Source: Yuukianura sp. NJ FZ-2021 (lineage: Eukaryota). Taken from it: 64,000 bases of DNA. Shown piece after piece: positions 51,001 to 64,000 of the stretch. The stretch is taken from NCBI GenBank assembly GCA_046563655.1, contig CM102287.1, positions 6,696,001 to 6,760,000 of the forward strand. Direction: 5' to 3'. The stretch's first letter is position 1. The number at the start of each line of letters is the position of its first letter. The notes below the pieces were generated by a model, which saw nothing but the letters and a program-made list of their open reading frames with translations, did no database searches and was not told the DNA's origin. The position numbers were made by a program, and so were the translations under genes.

Positions 51001-52095
51001 GAATTTCCAAATGCAAAGAACTTTGGAGATGAAAAATTGGATCCAAGGGAGTTGGAATAGAGAAGTTGTCTCAGAATTCAATCTTCTTCCATCTTCGCAT
51101 TCTAAAGCTGGAAAATGGAGATCTTCTTGGTGCGTCTTGAAGAAGATGGGTTCATATTCTACTCTGATCTCGTTGTATCTTCTATCTTCATCTCATTTAA
51201 TATTAAGGACGAGCAGCTCATCCAATGGACCATGGCAACACACGTTTTCGTAATTTCATTCTATTACTAAACTCCTACACACTTCGTGTTGTAACAAGGC
51301 GAAAAGAACAAAAACGCTTCAAAATTTGAATTTCAATTCAATGACCTCCAAGGTTTGAGTTAAAACGGAAAACTAAAACAGCGCGAAAAGAAATTCAATT
51401 TTTGAAAAGTTCATGTCCAAAAAATGACGTTTCGAATGTAACAAGCAACGAGGTTACATTAAGAGAACTGTTTTTTCAAACTGTTGCAAAATTGAGTCAT
51501 CTGAGCATCAACTACACTACAATGGAGATGGTACAGAAAGTGTGAATTAGAAATTTGTAAATTGGAAATTAAAAATTCGCAATCGTCACTCCAATTTCAA
51601 AGTTTTGTGCAAGCTTTTTGGCCCATTGTTACTGTTATATCATCTTGGTTGTTACAAATTCTCATCAACATGTGCAAAAATGGGAACAATGACTTAATGC
51701 TCATCACCGTTATGTCCTCCTATTAGAACGTAACGTTGTTTGAGATTTAGAAATCCTACACAATAAAAAACACAATGAATTATAAATTTTAAATAAAAAA
51801 GGCTGTAAAAAATTCTAAGCTGAAGATTTGCGAAATCTGTGCAAGAGTAATTAAGACTGGGTTAGTCGGCTGATTCATGGCCGTTGTTGATTGAAATTCT
51901 TTTTGAAAATCCGTAGCAAATCTTTCCTAGTCCATTTGACTCATTGAGGACTTAAAATAATTGCAATTCTTAAGCGTGGGGATACAATGGGTGACAAGGA
52001 TTTAATTGTCTACGTTAAAGAATAAAATCCTAATTTACGACTTTGGAATCTAAGACTTGATACTGCTAAATCCATAGCTTAGCTTAAGATTTTCG

Positions 52096-52108
52096 AGGTC
52101 ATTGAACT
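52096..52108. promoter_or_regulatory. Ecdysone-response-element consensus match
   Basis: AGGTCA-T-TGAACT fits RG(G/T)TCANTGA(C/A)CY; further AGGTCA half-sites lie within 70 bp downstream. Motif match only. Confidence 0.35.
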
Positions 52109-55100
52109 ACCTCTGCATCATTTCGGAGGTGGAAAGGTCAAAATGTTGTTTAGTGAGTTCAAGAGGTCAAACTAAATCATCAAGGGATTTTTGTTGGTTG
52201 CATAGATTACGTAATTCAACGATAAATACAAAAATGCTTCCACTCATGAGTTTGACTTCTAAATGTTTGTTTACGTTTGCCGTAGCCTTAGGTTTGGTTA
52301 TGCAGTTACTAACTGAATAGAAAATTTTGAAGGTTACATGTTCAAACAGTGTTCAAACACGGCTGATGTTAGAAGTTGGTTAATCTTCGTGTTGCATCTC
52401 CACGGTTGCTTTCGAAAGTTCTGAATGGAATAGCATAGCATTGTTCAACATTACAATTGTGCGTCAGATTGTGGGGATTTGATTGTGCGTCCTTTTGTGT
52501 ATTTTGTCAATACAGAAATGTGTTTTATGAAGATTGAATACAGATTCAGGAGACAGATTTGAAAAAGGAAGAATCTCCGCTGCAGGAGTAGAACTTTGAA
52601 TTTTTGCTTCGAGTTCTGCTTTAGATTTTTCTTTTTAGAAAAAGGAAAAAGTAGGAGGGAGGGGAAAGTTTTAAAACTATTTTTGAAATTACGGAACTAA
52701 ATATGCCCATTTATTTGCTAATTTCATTCTGCAGGGAATTCAACCCTTTTAAAATATTTTATGTACAAGACAAGAGGGGGAGAGAAGATGCATTTTGGAA
52801 TGAAAACTGAAAATATCCTGCACCGTGCTCTTAAAACTCTGTGCGTTTTTGTGCATTTTAGTCCAAAATTGTTCTGGAGAAGAGGGGGAAGTGGAGGGCG
52901 TGAAGGTTATGATGAAGATGATAATCTCCCAGGAGAATTTAATATGCATCTTCAATGAGCCTGGAAATGATCTCTCTCCCTCCTATTTTTTTAAAAACAG
53001 AAACAAACGAAAAAAGAAACAATTTTTCAAAATTAAAAACATGTTCAGAACCTAACCTAATCCATTCTTTCTAAAAACTGAAATTCAAGCACAGTAAAAA
53101 CTAGCGACGCTAATTTGAAATGGTTTCGTGAAGGTACAAATTTCGAACATCTTTGTCACGGCCTAAAAGGTGTGAAAAGTCCATTGTTCTTGATTTCATT
53201 GTTGTTTTGATAGACAATAGTTTGATTCTGTTGAATTATAAATCAATCTCAAAATTGGATTCACAGCATGTGTGACCTTTGACCTCGTGTCATAACTTTA
53301 GTTATGAGATCCACTTTGGATTAAAACAATGGAGTAGTGTAGTGGATGTTATTTTAAAATTAATTTGATCTCTCCCTCCAGGTTGAGCTCTAAAACCCGC
53401 ACTAAATAAAATCCTATCATCAGGAAATGGAGTCTAATTTTATAAGTCCCCAGAGGAAGGGCGTGTGTAGGTTCCATTACCATAGGGCTCAGTCCTCCTA
53501 ATAACTTTTTGATCCGAAACCACAAAATACTTCTCTCCGAAAAGCGGGTATTAGGCTAATATCTCGGTGTTCATGTGCTTCCTTCCGGGGAGGAAGATCC
53601 TAAAAACAGATTATGAAATATACACGCTTACGACAAAAGAGCTTCAAAAACCGCAAAAGCCCTCTGCCTTTTGAATCTCCAATTTCAAATCTTCTTATTA
53701 TGAAATGTGAGCAAATCAGATTAGGATTTATGGCAGACATTCCGAAATGTCAGATTAAAACTGAAAAGGTGAAGCAGTTTTTAAGTGTCAAAAATACAGT
53801 TTTATTCAAAACTTTTTACTTTAAAAAAGTGAAAGCATTCAAAAAATTTTTTTGAAAAAGTTGAAGAGTAGTGAAAGTGCAAACAAGCTCTGAGTTGGTA
53901 ATTGCGACTCAAAGAAAGCCTGAAATTTTGGTTCCGGGTTCTGGATACTGCAGTGCTTTGCTTTCACTTTTGGTTTCACATCCCTTGCAACATTTTGGAT
54001 CAAAAGCGGCACGTGACAAAAACCTTGAAAAGTTGACATTTGAGTTTTGAATTTTGAAAATAGGGAAAAGATGAATAAGTAATGGGCTGCTGGCATTGGC
54101 AGAAGAAGAGGGTTATAACGAGACAAGAGCTGCTGCTGGCTTATGCCTTTGCAGATTTATGAATTATGAACAGACTCTGCAAGAACGAGAAACACGAAAT
54201 GTAAATTCCCCTAATTTACACACTTGTCTCGCTTTCTCCCCTTTCAGGGGAAAGATCAAGGAGAAAGTCACGACATCACATTAGGTCTTCCCTATTCGGA
54301 TTTTGAATTTCCCGAATTTAATTTGTTACATTCTGGCAGTCTACGTTCCACATTTTTAACTCATAGATTAGTCCTACCCGGATTTTCAAAATTTAACAAT
54401 TTTTTGACAAGAACCAATTCTTTAGTTTTTGACAGCTTAACGAGAAGCGTTTAGTCAGAAAAAATTCGGAGAACCTGGAGAAGTAGTCGTGATTGAGTGA
54501 ATAATGGTGGCACATGGTAGTTTGGAGAGAAAGTCAAATAGTCTTATGAGGGAATTCAGAAATGCCCGGATGCTGGAGTAAGATGGTTGGGTGGGTCCAA
54601 AAGTTCCTGGAAGAAGAGAAAGCCAAGACGGGAAAAGTCTCATAAATTTGGAGAATCACCTTCTTATTTCTAGGGAGACTCAAATTCTTATGAAAATTGT
54701 GAGTGTGGGTGGATCAAGGGATGATCATCAGAGGCCTCTGTTCCTGATCTATGCAATGGCAGTCACCTCCATCCATGATTCAGGAATGGTCCAGACAATG
54801 CTACGGCTAATCTCTGCCACATTCTTTTATGGAGGAAGCATATGAAGATGAAGGCACAAAAGTTGGAATAGGAACAACCACTTTCTCTGCTTTCCTGCTT
54901 TTGTTGCCCGGAAATTGCTGGAAACCCCGACATTTTTTAGAGTCTTCGGTTTAAAATGCGGCTGGATAAGAAAAGATTTTGAAAAAGTAACGTTTTTCAC
55001 TATTCAGATTTTGTGGAGTGGCAGAATAATGTTAATCAGTTGAAGTGGGCTTTTGAGGGAAAACTGCAGAAGCCTTTTTGTTCAAAATCCGCGTAATTTG

Positions 55101-58100
55101 AAAAGTGCATCTGCCGTTTGGGTTTGTGCCTGTTCAAATGAAGTTTTTGAAAATGACTTAATGCGTTTCTGGTGAAGTGGAGAGACTAATCCGGTGGAGT
55201 GGCAGAGTCAAGAGCCTCAATGCAACTTTACAAAATAAACCAACTCACTTCTGCCTCACTTCAACCAAAATCAAGGGCAGCTTCTGCACTCTCAACCATT
55301 TCAAAAGAAAAGCAGCTTTTGAACGAAGGTCAGAGGCCATTTTGTGATGAATGAACTGCACTACGGGGTGAATTTGTGTTGATGAAGAGCGTGTTCTTGG
55401 CTGGAAGTGTCTGAGTAATTAGCCAAGTGAAAACAAATGGATGTGGCTTTGTGGAGTCTATTTTTGAGTTAAGATTCAATTGACCTTTGACATGTTCCGA
55501 GGGAGAAAGTATCGTATTTTCCCTGTTGTCTTTTGTAATCTTGGGTGAAAGTAGAAGATTGGAAGTTGGAGGGTGGATTAGTGTCTCTCTTGTGCACTTT
55601 GATCCAAAGAAGATTCGAAAACTAATTAAACTTGGAACATCCCCGCAGATGCTTCCTCGCTTTCTCCAGCGTATTCACTACTGCATACCCACATCACTCA
55701 CGTCAGTAGTACTTGCATTTCTTGAGACAAAAATTGGGATTTTTTTTTGTTACGAAGCATTCATCCAATAATTTCAATCCGTTCTTATTACATGCCGGTG
55801 CAGCTGCTTAGAGGTTAACATATAAAACTTGGGTGAGGCCTGGGTTATTAATGTAAGTGTCACTCCGCTACAAGGTTTGGTACTTAAGGGTAAGTTATAA
55901 ACTACCAGATTTATCTTGTCGGAAGCGCTTGACATTTCGGGGTTCTTTTTAATTCGAAAATCAAGTAGGCAATAAGGGCCACCCAGAAATTCATGAATCG
56001 TGAAAACCGACACTTTTTCTTTTGAAAAAAAACGTAAAAATTCTCGAAACTTAAACACCCCACGCAAGAGAGAATTTGCCAAACCAACACCCCATCCCTT
56101 GACCTCGCCGCTTTGTTCGAACGAAGTGTTGACGATAAAGTACGAAGACCATCGGTGCAGACAGTTGAGACATAAGTGTTTAAGTCCTGCGTAACGTGTC
56201 CGTGTGGATCATCAATTGTTTGGAATGATGAATCGATTCAATTGATGATCCCGTGAGACAGCACACCGTTGTTAAGATGGCACACAAGAGATTAATTTCT
56301 CCTAGTTCAATTCATTACCTTATCCAACCTACCTAACCTAACCAAATTACCGTATCTTGCACATGTTTAACCAAGGAAATTTTTCGAGGACTTTCTCCAG
56401 AGAGAAAACAATGCGATCAGAGAACGAGTAGATACTCATCTACATACTAAATGACGCCAAAATTTTCTATTTTGCCCGCTAGTGGTATTTTGTTGTCTAA
56501 AAACGTAGGTTGAAAGCCTAACTTTTAGCCGAAAGTGCTTAGCCTAACCTAGCATCTCATAATGTTAGCCTAACCTAACTTAATCTTGCATTCCATTGGG
56601 GTTAGGAACATTGAAAATTACTTGGGAGGTGAAGGGAGAAGATATTCGTTAAGGCACGTAAAGTGGTTTTGATGATGGTAACGAAGGTTGATGAGAGACG
56701 GAATCTTGTGATGAAGAGATGAAGATCAGAATGGTAATGATGATCATTACTACAGATCATCACAAAGATCAAGATCGCATTAAGGGCTAAACACGCTTTT
56801 CTCTGAATTCTACAGGTTTAATCATTGTCAAAAACAAAGGAAAACTCGAACTTGTTTTCAAAAGTTCCTGTGACAAGATTGACAAGATCCAGTTTTTGGA
56901 AAAGTCATCGACAGATTAAAATTTTGCAAGAAAATTGCAATCCTTATTTGAAGTCCAAGTGCCTTTGGTGGAGTTTAAGCAACTTTGATGATTTTTGAAA
57001 AATCAAGATTTTTTTTCCAAAAAAATAGTAAGAAAGGTATTAAACTGCTAAGCGACTCCAACCACGTCTTGGCGTAATGGCTCCTTGAAATGGACTCTGT
57101 TCTTTATCATGATCCTCAGAATTTGGATGCGTAAATCCTTCAAGTGCTTCGAGATCCCACTACTAATGTCCCCCGTGTCACAGCTTTAGGTACCCTTAGA
57201 CTCAAATTTGCACCAAAATGGCCAATTGCCAATTGCATCATCTCATCTCCAGCACTTTACAAGGAAACACTTCTACTTCGACAGATAAACACTCACAGGA
57301 CATCCACAAACCACATGCCATAACGCACCAAAGCTGAACTAGTCACAAGTCCCGCATTCCAAACTACGATGCAGTCCCTGGCACTGCGGCGTCGTAGGAG
57401 GTGTAAGCGATTAGAGAATGTTCAGAACAAAAGAGATTTCAATTGAACAGGATTAGATTTGAAGAAACTTCTTAAGGATCTTTCGATGCATAACGCATTG
57501 GACCGAATGAACTTCAAGAGCCACGCAGCCCAGATTGCAGTTCCAGTCTTTTTACGCTTCGATGCCGCTGGATTCCAGAATGTCCAACAGACTAGGGGAC
57601 CCTTTGCGTCGTGGATCCTGTCAAACCGGGTTGGAGTGACTCCAGGAACGACGCCTTCTTCGACGAGAACCTCTGGATATCAGAGAACTCAGACACTTTA
57701 TTCTAAAAACAAAAAAGTTCAACTAATGCAAAGCCGTAAGGCACAACAGTCGTGATAGCCTTAAATTGAAACAATGACAAGGTGGAATTTAAGTGTTCTC
57801 TACTTTGGAGGTAGAGATTAAAAACAAAACAAGTTTTGTAGAGTACTGGAAATGGACAGCATCGACAAATTCACAAGTTTAACGTTAGCATTTTTAACAT
57901 AAGAAATCGTTTCACTATTTTTCAACCCTTGTTCCTAATCTTGTTTCTCCCTTCTTCCGCTTGACTTCGTCTACAAGAATTCCATAAAGATCCCAACCAA
58001 CTCCCTCTTCTTCTAACACACAAATCTCAAACTGAAAAGACATTGCAAAGCCCAGGGACTACGCAGCAGAAGGAAGAATGCGGGTATTTCGGGGAATTCC

Positions 58101-61100
58101 GAGAGGGTTGAAAACAAAGATCTCAAAGATACCCGCTTTCTCCCTCACAAAAATTTAAAGCCCACCACCATCCACAGTTCCTCCGATGACAGCATCCCAC
58201 CATTCGACATTCAATTTCCTCCCTTCAACGCAGAGGCACAAACCACTGAAAAATGGATCCCTGGAGACCAACAATTTGTGAAACAACAATCAGAACATGC
58301 AGATTCAATACGCGACATGAAATAACTTTGCATCACATCAACAGAAAGAAAGTTGAAATTTTAGAGAGAATTGAGCAAATTGTCGATTGATTTTTAGCGA
58401 TGTTGATGTTGTTGTGTTTTGAATGTTCAATCAACAAACATGTTGACATTTACCAATCGAATACGTCAGAAAAATATTTTTGCGACGATTGGAAAGGTTA
58501 ACAGAGTGACACGGGTATTTGACGTCATCAACCATTCAAAAATCCCACAACATTCTCAGCACGAGGCAAAAATAATGGTAAAATGCCCTCCACCTCCGTC
58601 ATTCACTTTCTAAATTTTTGACGAGTCCAAACAAAGTCCAAGCCCAAAATTAGAGAAGTGTTTACGTAATTTTGAATTCAAGGAAAGCGGATCAATACAA
58701 GCGACATTCAACGCCCCTACGAAAAGCGTGCCTGGCATTTTGTCTATTTTGGCTACACTGCCCACTCACAACTGTTCATACAAACACAAGTTAAAAAAAA
58801 GTATTTTTAAACATTCCATTTTGAAACAAGGAAAATCAGCGTTTATCCAATTTCAAAGTGAATTGATTTGTGTGATTCACTTTCAAAATGCTTTTCGAGG
58901 AAGCATGTGGCTGTAGAGGATGTCACATGAATTGGTCACAGAATGCTTTGTAGCATGCCACAAATGCTATGTAAAATGGTTACAATTGTCAATCGAGAAA
59001 GGGGTGGGTCCCTGTACCCCTCTGGGAAAGTACTTTGTAAAGAGTAATTCATTGGATTTTAATTGAATTCAAAAGATCGTAGCCAATTGAACTGCGGGAT
59101 GAATGCAATGCTGCCACTTTGGACAAAGGACCCTTGGACTCACAATTGGTGACATTCTGAACTGGTCCTTGAGGGTTCCAAAGGGCTCAATAGGGTTCCA
59201 AATGAAACGTTTCCGCAGGAGTGGCTAATGAGGAGGAACAGAATGGAGGTTTGGTAGTTGCAGGACGAGATTTCATCTGCATTCAAAAGAGTTAGGTTTT
59301 GAAAAATTAAAATCGTATTTTTTATTTTCGAAATTTTGAATGTTGTTCTGACAGGGGACAGTTGACGTGTAGGGAAAAACAAAAGATGGTGTGATGCTAA
59401 TTGTGACTTTGTGCCTTTCGAGTGTGGGACAAAATGAGGCAAGGGACAGTGGGAACTGAAGGAATCTTCCAGATCTTGTGATTAAAAAGTCCAAGTCACA
59501 CCTCTCTCGCAGTTCGAATGTTGTCAAGGGCCCTCTTGTCTTCCAGGCGTCAAAACTGTCACCTTCATTTCTTTAGATAATTCTCGTTAAAAATGCCAAG
59601 AAAAAATTTTGGACGAAGAAAAAATGAAAAATTTCGATGTTCTGTTCAAAAATATACAGCACGCTGGCAAATCTAATTGCCAACACAAATGGTGTTTGCA
59701 ACCATCACCGTAATAAAATTAGAAAAAAAATTGAAAACTAGCTGACATTGAACTCGATAGAAATGATTCAACGTTTAAAATTGATGGTAATAGGAATAGC
59801 TTTGGTGGCAATTTCTAGAACTTCAATTTCAAGTACTCCCGGCACAGCCTTTTTCTCCCTTTTCCTTGGAATAATCAGAATTGCATCAGAAAGTGCAGCA
59901 TGTGACATTATGGATGTCATTCCATTTCTCAATTCCACAAAGTTATTTTGATACTCATTTCAAAATTCACTTCAAAAAGTTAGATTTAACTTTCCTCCCC
60001 ATGCAGCGTAGGTGAGGGAGAGTGATGTGAGTTATGTCGTGTCATGTGTCATGTGACACGAGGGAAAGTCAGGAGAAAGTTAGATTCAATCTCTGCAGTC
60101 ACCCCATCAGAACACGAGGGCACACAGGTCACACTACGAAGTCAAGGAAATAGTGTAACTCCTTCCCTGTGCATTTGGTTAAGCACTTCACCCCTCATCA
60201 TTTTCACAAAAAAAAAATCCCCCACCACGACAAGGGTTAACAAAAATCCGAAATGGAAAGACACCACAAATTCAGAAGAAGGTTGAAACTTCAAAGTTGG
60301 AAGTGGCTTCAAGTTGAGGTCATTTACAAAGTCCATGAAAAATAGGAAGGCCCTTTGCGACCTCCGAAGGCTCCGCATGACTGCCAAATCTCATTTGCCT
60401 TTGGAAGAAAGTGGGGCAAAACCCACGGGAATCAAACCACCAAAAACCCACCGAACGAAGCATTCTTCCACAAGAAACACACACTGCGGTGGGTTAGCCT
60501 AAAATGGAAAACTGGTCACTTTACATGTAAAATACATACACTGGATCGCACAATGGAAAAATGTGCCATTTTAAAATCCAACATTAGAATCCCATTCGAA
60601 ACTCCATTCCAGAAGAGTCCAGAGTGAGTTATGAGTGGATGACATTTTCATTCTGGTGGGACAAAGCTTAACCGTTGGTGGAACTGATCGCTTTGCAGTG
60701 AAAACAACAAAAGACACTGGAACACAAACCATGTTTACAATGCACATGGGACTAAAACAATGAAAACAAAAACTGTTTCCTTTGTTCCGCTATCTTTTAC
60801 CTGTCGCAGATCTTTCGCGCTTTACTACAACTTTCTCTTCATCTCATTCTTTGAAAACGAGCACGGGAAAGTTCCATCCGAACAGTTTAAAATCAAAACA
60901 AACTTACGACAAGAGAAAATTTGACAACCCAAAATTCATCACATTTTTTTCTGCACCTTGTCATCTTTGATTTTTACAATCTCGTGTGTCACTGGCAAGC
61001 TTCACTTGACGTATGTGAGAAACGTTTGCACCTTGGAAAATGGCGTGTGATTTGTCAGTGTCGTTTCGTCGACACGGGAGACCAGCGACAAAGTTCCGGC

Positions 61101-64000
61101 GTTTTTGCCCCGAGGCAACGGTGACATTTTTATGCCCACAGTTTTACCCCACGCTGAGGAATAAGAGAATCCAGGAAAAAGTCATTTCCGTGGAACCTCG
61201 CCCCACCACCCACCCTCGCAATTCCCACCAATCACTTTCAGAATCCACAACCTCCTTCTTTTGCACAGTTTTTGCATACTCTGCTAAAATATTCGCATGG
61301 TGTCTTCTGCACATTTTTCATCTCCAAAGACACAAACCAGATTCAAAATAGACAAGGATTGAAATTCCCCTGGGAAGAATAGAGTATGCGAAAAGAACTT
61401 GGTCTCTGCATTTGTCACCTCTGAAAAATTTTCACCTCTCACAATTACTAGAAGATCATAAGCAACAGTTTGGTCTAAAATTTGATTCTATTCTGCTTTT
61501 TTAATACAAGTCGGATAAAGTAAGGTTGGAAAATTGTTTTGTAAATTGGGTACTTTGATTGACTGAAACATACATTTGTTAACGCATGTTCCATTTAGAT
61601 CGGCAACTCAAAACAAACCGTCAATCGGGTCAATCCACCTTTCAATTCAATAAAATTCTCAACCAATTGGTTCTGAACGCAAAGAAAACAAGCCCCATTG
61701 CCTAAATCGGAATCACAAAGACTAAAGGGAGATTCATGTCAGTGGGATTTTTTGAATCGAAATTAATCACATCCTTCTTCTGTTCTCAAGTGGGAAGAAA
61801 CGCTTTTGGATTTTGGAAATGGTGCGACTCTGCCCGTGGGAACTTCATCCGCCATCTCCACGGGCATCTTCATGATCCAAGTACCCCCTCCCTCCTGGGG
61901 GTGGAAGTGCCCCCCGAGGTGTGTGCGTACCTTGTTACGATCACTTTTGAGTCATGCCGAGTCTCTCCCTTGCTAAAACAATTGATTAATCGATTGGATC
62001 ATGCAGACAGAAAGTGGGAAATGACAACTAAGAGAAAAATTGAGCAATTGGAAATGACCGGTAGAAGGTCAGTTGGCCCAAGGTGACCTCTTAAAAGGTC
62101 AAAGTCAATAAGACAATCAAAGATTCAGTGGCCACGAACAGGTAGGATGGGCATGGCAAGTTTCATTTGACCTTGCTTATTAACACAACTCAGTAACCAC
62201 AACCACTTTCACTGGCCGATTCCCACACAGTGAATCCGGTTTCAATTGCAATTTTGTATTTGACAGTGCTGGATTATTCAACTTCGCTGTTCATTATTGG
62301 CTCTGAAGCAATCAAAAACCATTTATCAATTCATCCTTTTCCTTACACTTGAAGGTCGATCGTTGCCAAATGACACTAAAGGTCAAGGGTGTGGAGACAG
62401 AGTGTGACCTTCACCAAATTGGCACTCGGCAGAAATGCATGGGAAATCGATCGAATTGAATAATCAAATAGAGCTGTAATCAGGAAGACAAGAATTTAAA
62501 GGATTCTAATTTCAGCTGAAATTGGTCAATTTATTATTAACAAAGGTCAGGTCAATAATTTCCAAAGGTCAAGGACAAGGAGTGTCTTTCTCAAATTCTA
62601 TTCAGATTCAGAATGAATCCGATGTTTCTGTTGGATTCTGCATATCAGAAGATTCGAAATCAAAAGAAACTATTCTTTCTCCAGCAACAAAAGAATTCTT
62701 TTTGCTTTGACTGTACCACCGCTGAAGAACATCAAAACATTCGAGGAGCACAAAGGACCCACTTCCAAGGTTCTGGAAGGCCTCACACCTCGGCTATTCT
62801 CAAACACTTTTCATCCCACAAGATCCAAGGGCCATTGTGGGGAGCCCTTGATCTCCCTCCACAATCTCCCTATTTTTACTTCCACCGAAGCAGAGGCATA
62901 AACAATTTCTAAATTGCGATCCTCGGGAACATTTCAAAACTAGATTGAACACGAGAGCAGCCGAGGAAGTTGCTGACTTGGAATGGAAGTGGCTGGAACC
63001 GCGACTTCCTTTTGGTTTCCGAAGTGATTTCGGTGTTGAACGAGGTTGAGGGCAACCCAATAGCAAGGAAATCCCAACAATCCACAAATACAATGTGAAT
63101 CCACATTGTTAAACTTACTGTTTATGCTAAGGTCTTCAACATAGGTGAAACATGAGGATCATTTTGAACAATCGTTCTGTTGTGAAGTTCATGAAAATGA
63201 GGCCAGTGAAGCAACAAACTGCTTCTTACTCGCACCGTTCCCATCCTAATCCTCAACTGAAGCTTTGAAATTCAATCGACCAAACAACTAAAAAATTGGG
63301 ATATTTCAAAATAAGCGTCTCACAACAAAGAATTCAAAAAAGAGGCAGTAAAAGTGAATGGAAATTGAAACGGAAGCTGCAGAATGCGGCCATTTATTGA
63401 CTGATGCCGCAGATGGTTTCGTTGTTATTTATTTTCCCAGATTGAATTCCTCCCATTTTTCTTTTGCTTTCACTTTGCAATTCATGAAGTTTTTTACTCG
63501 GGAACTCATATGCCTTTTACAAGAGTTTTACGATTTCTGTTTGATTGCAGAGAACAGCAGTTATTTTGCAATATCAAATTAAGTCTATTCCTTCGAGTAA
63601 TTTCGAAGCATATTTGAAACTCCTTCAAGAAAACAAAGAACGCAAAAGAATTTGTGTAATAAAATTCATATTTGAAACAAAAGCGTCTGAACATACTGAA
63701 ATTGAAATATTTCTATGTTCACTGGTTGCTTGGTCTGCGAATAACTTCGGTTGTTGCAGAAGTGATTCCATATTTCAGAATGTGAGTAATTCCCATGCAC
63801 ATAATTTCCTGATGTGACAGTTTTATTCCTGCTGTTTCCTCGTTCCTGAATTTACGTCCAGAATAAACATGTCAGTGGCTCGTAGTGTGTCAAGTGTGTT
63901 GTAAACGCCGACATAAACTAGGTCACTTCTGAGGCGTGTGAGAAACACATTCACGAAAAGATGAAAAGTGACCAACTGATTTCGGGAGACAGAAGAGGTC

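Overview
Eukaryotic, intron-containing, AT-rich sequence, most likely arthropod (vestigial, a long-Toll receptor, TTAGG-like motifs; the species cannot be determined). Intact genes: the last three coding exons of vestigial (+, 844-4825), a 3-exon MFSD4/NAGLT1-like MFS transporter (-, 5811-7303), a 9-exon CDC40/PRP17 (+, 16788-19478) and a 5-exon long Toll receptor of the 18-wheeler/Toll-7 type (+, 20952-26385). About 37.6 kb with no supportable coding exon follows, rich in nuclear-receptor-type sites and TTAGG-like tracts. The unusual part is 8073-16234, an 8.2-kb block bounded by Helentron/DINE-1-type ends whose flanks rejoin in frame when it is removed. It carries an intron-retaining CRYL1 pseudogene, an intron-retaining WDR3 3' fragment, a cluster of perfect heat-shock elements, nested tandem arrays and a near-canonical type III hammerhead ribozyme (15156-15207). 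All calls are by manual reading; no database searches or folding programs were run.
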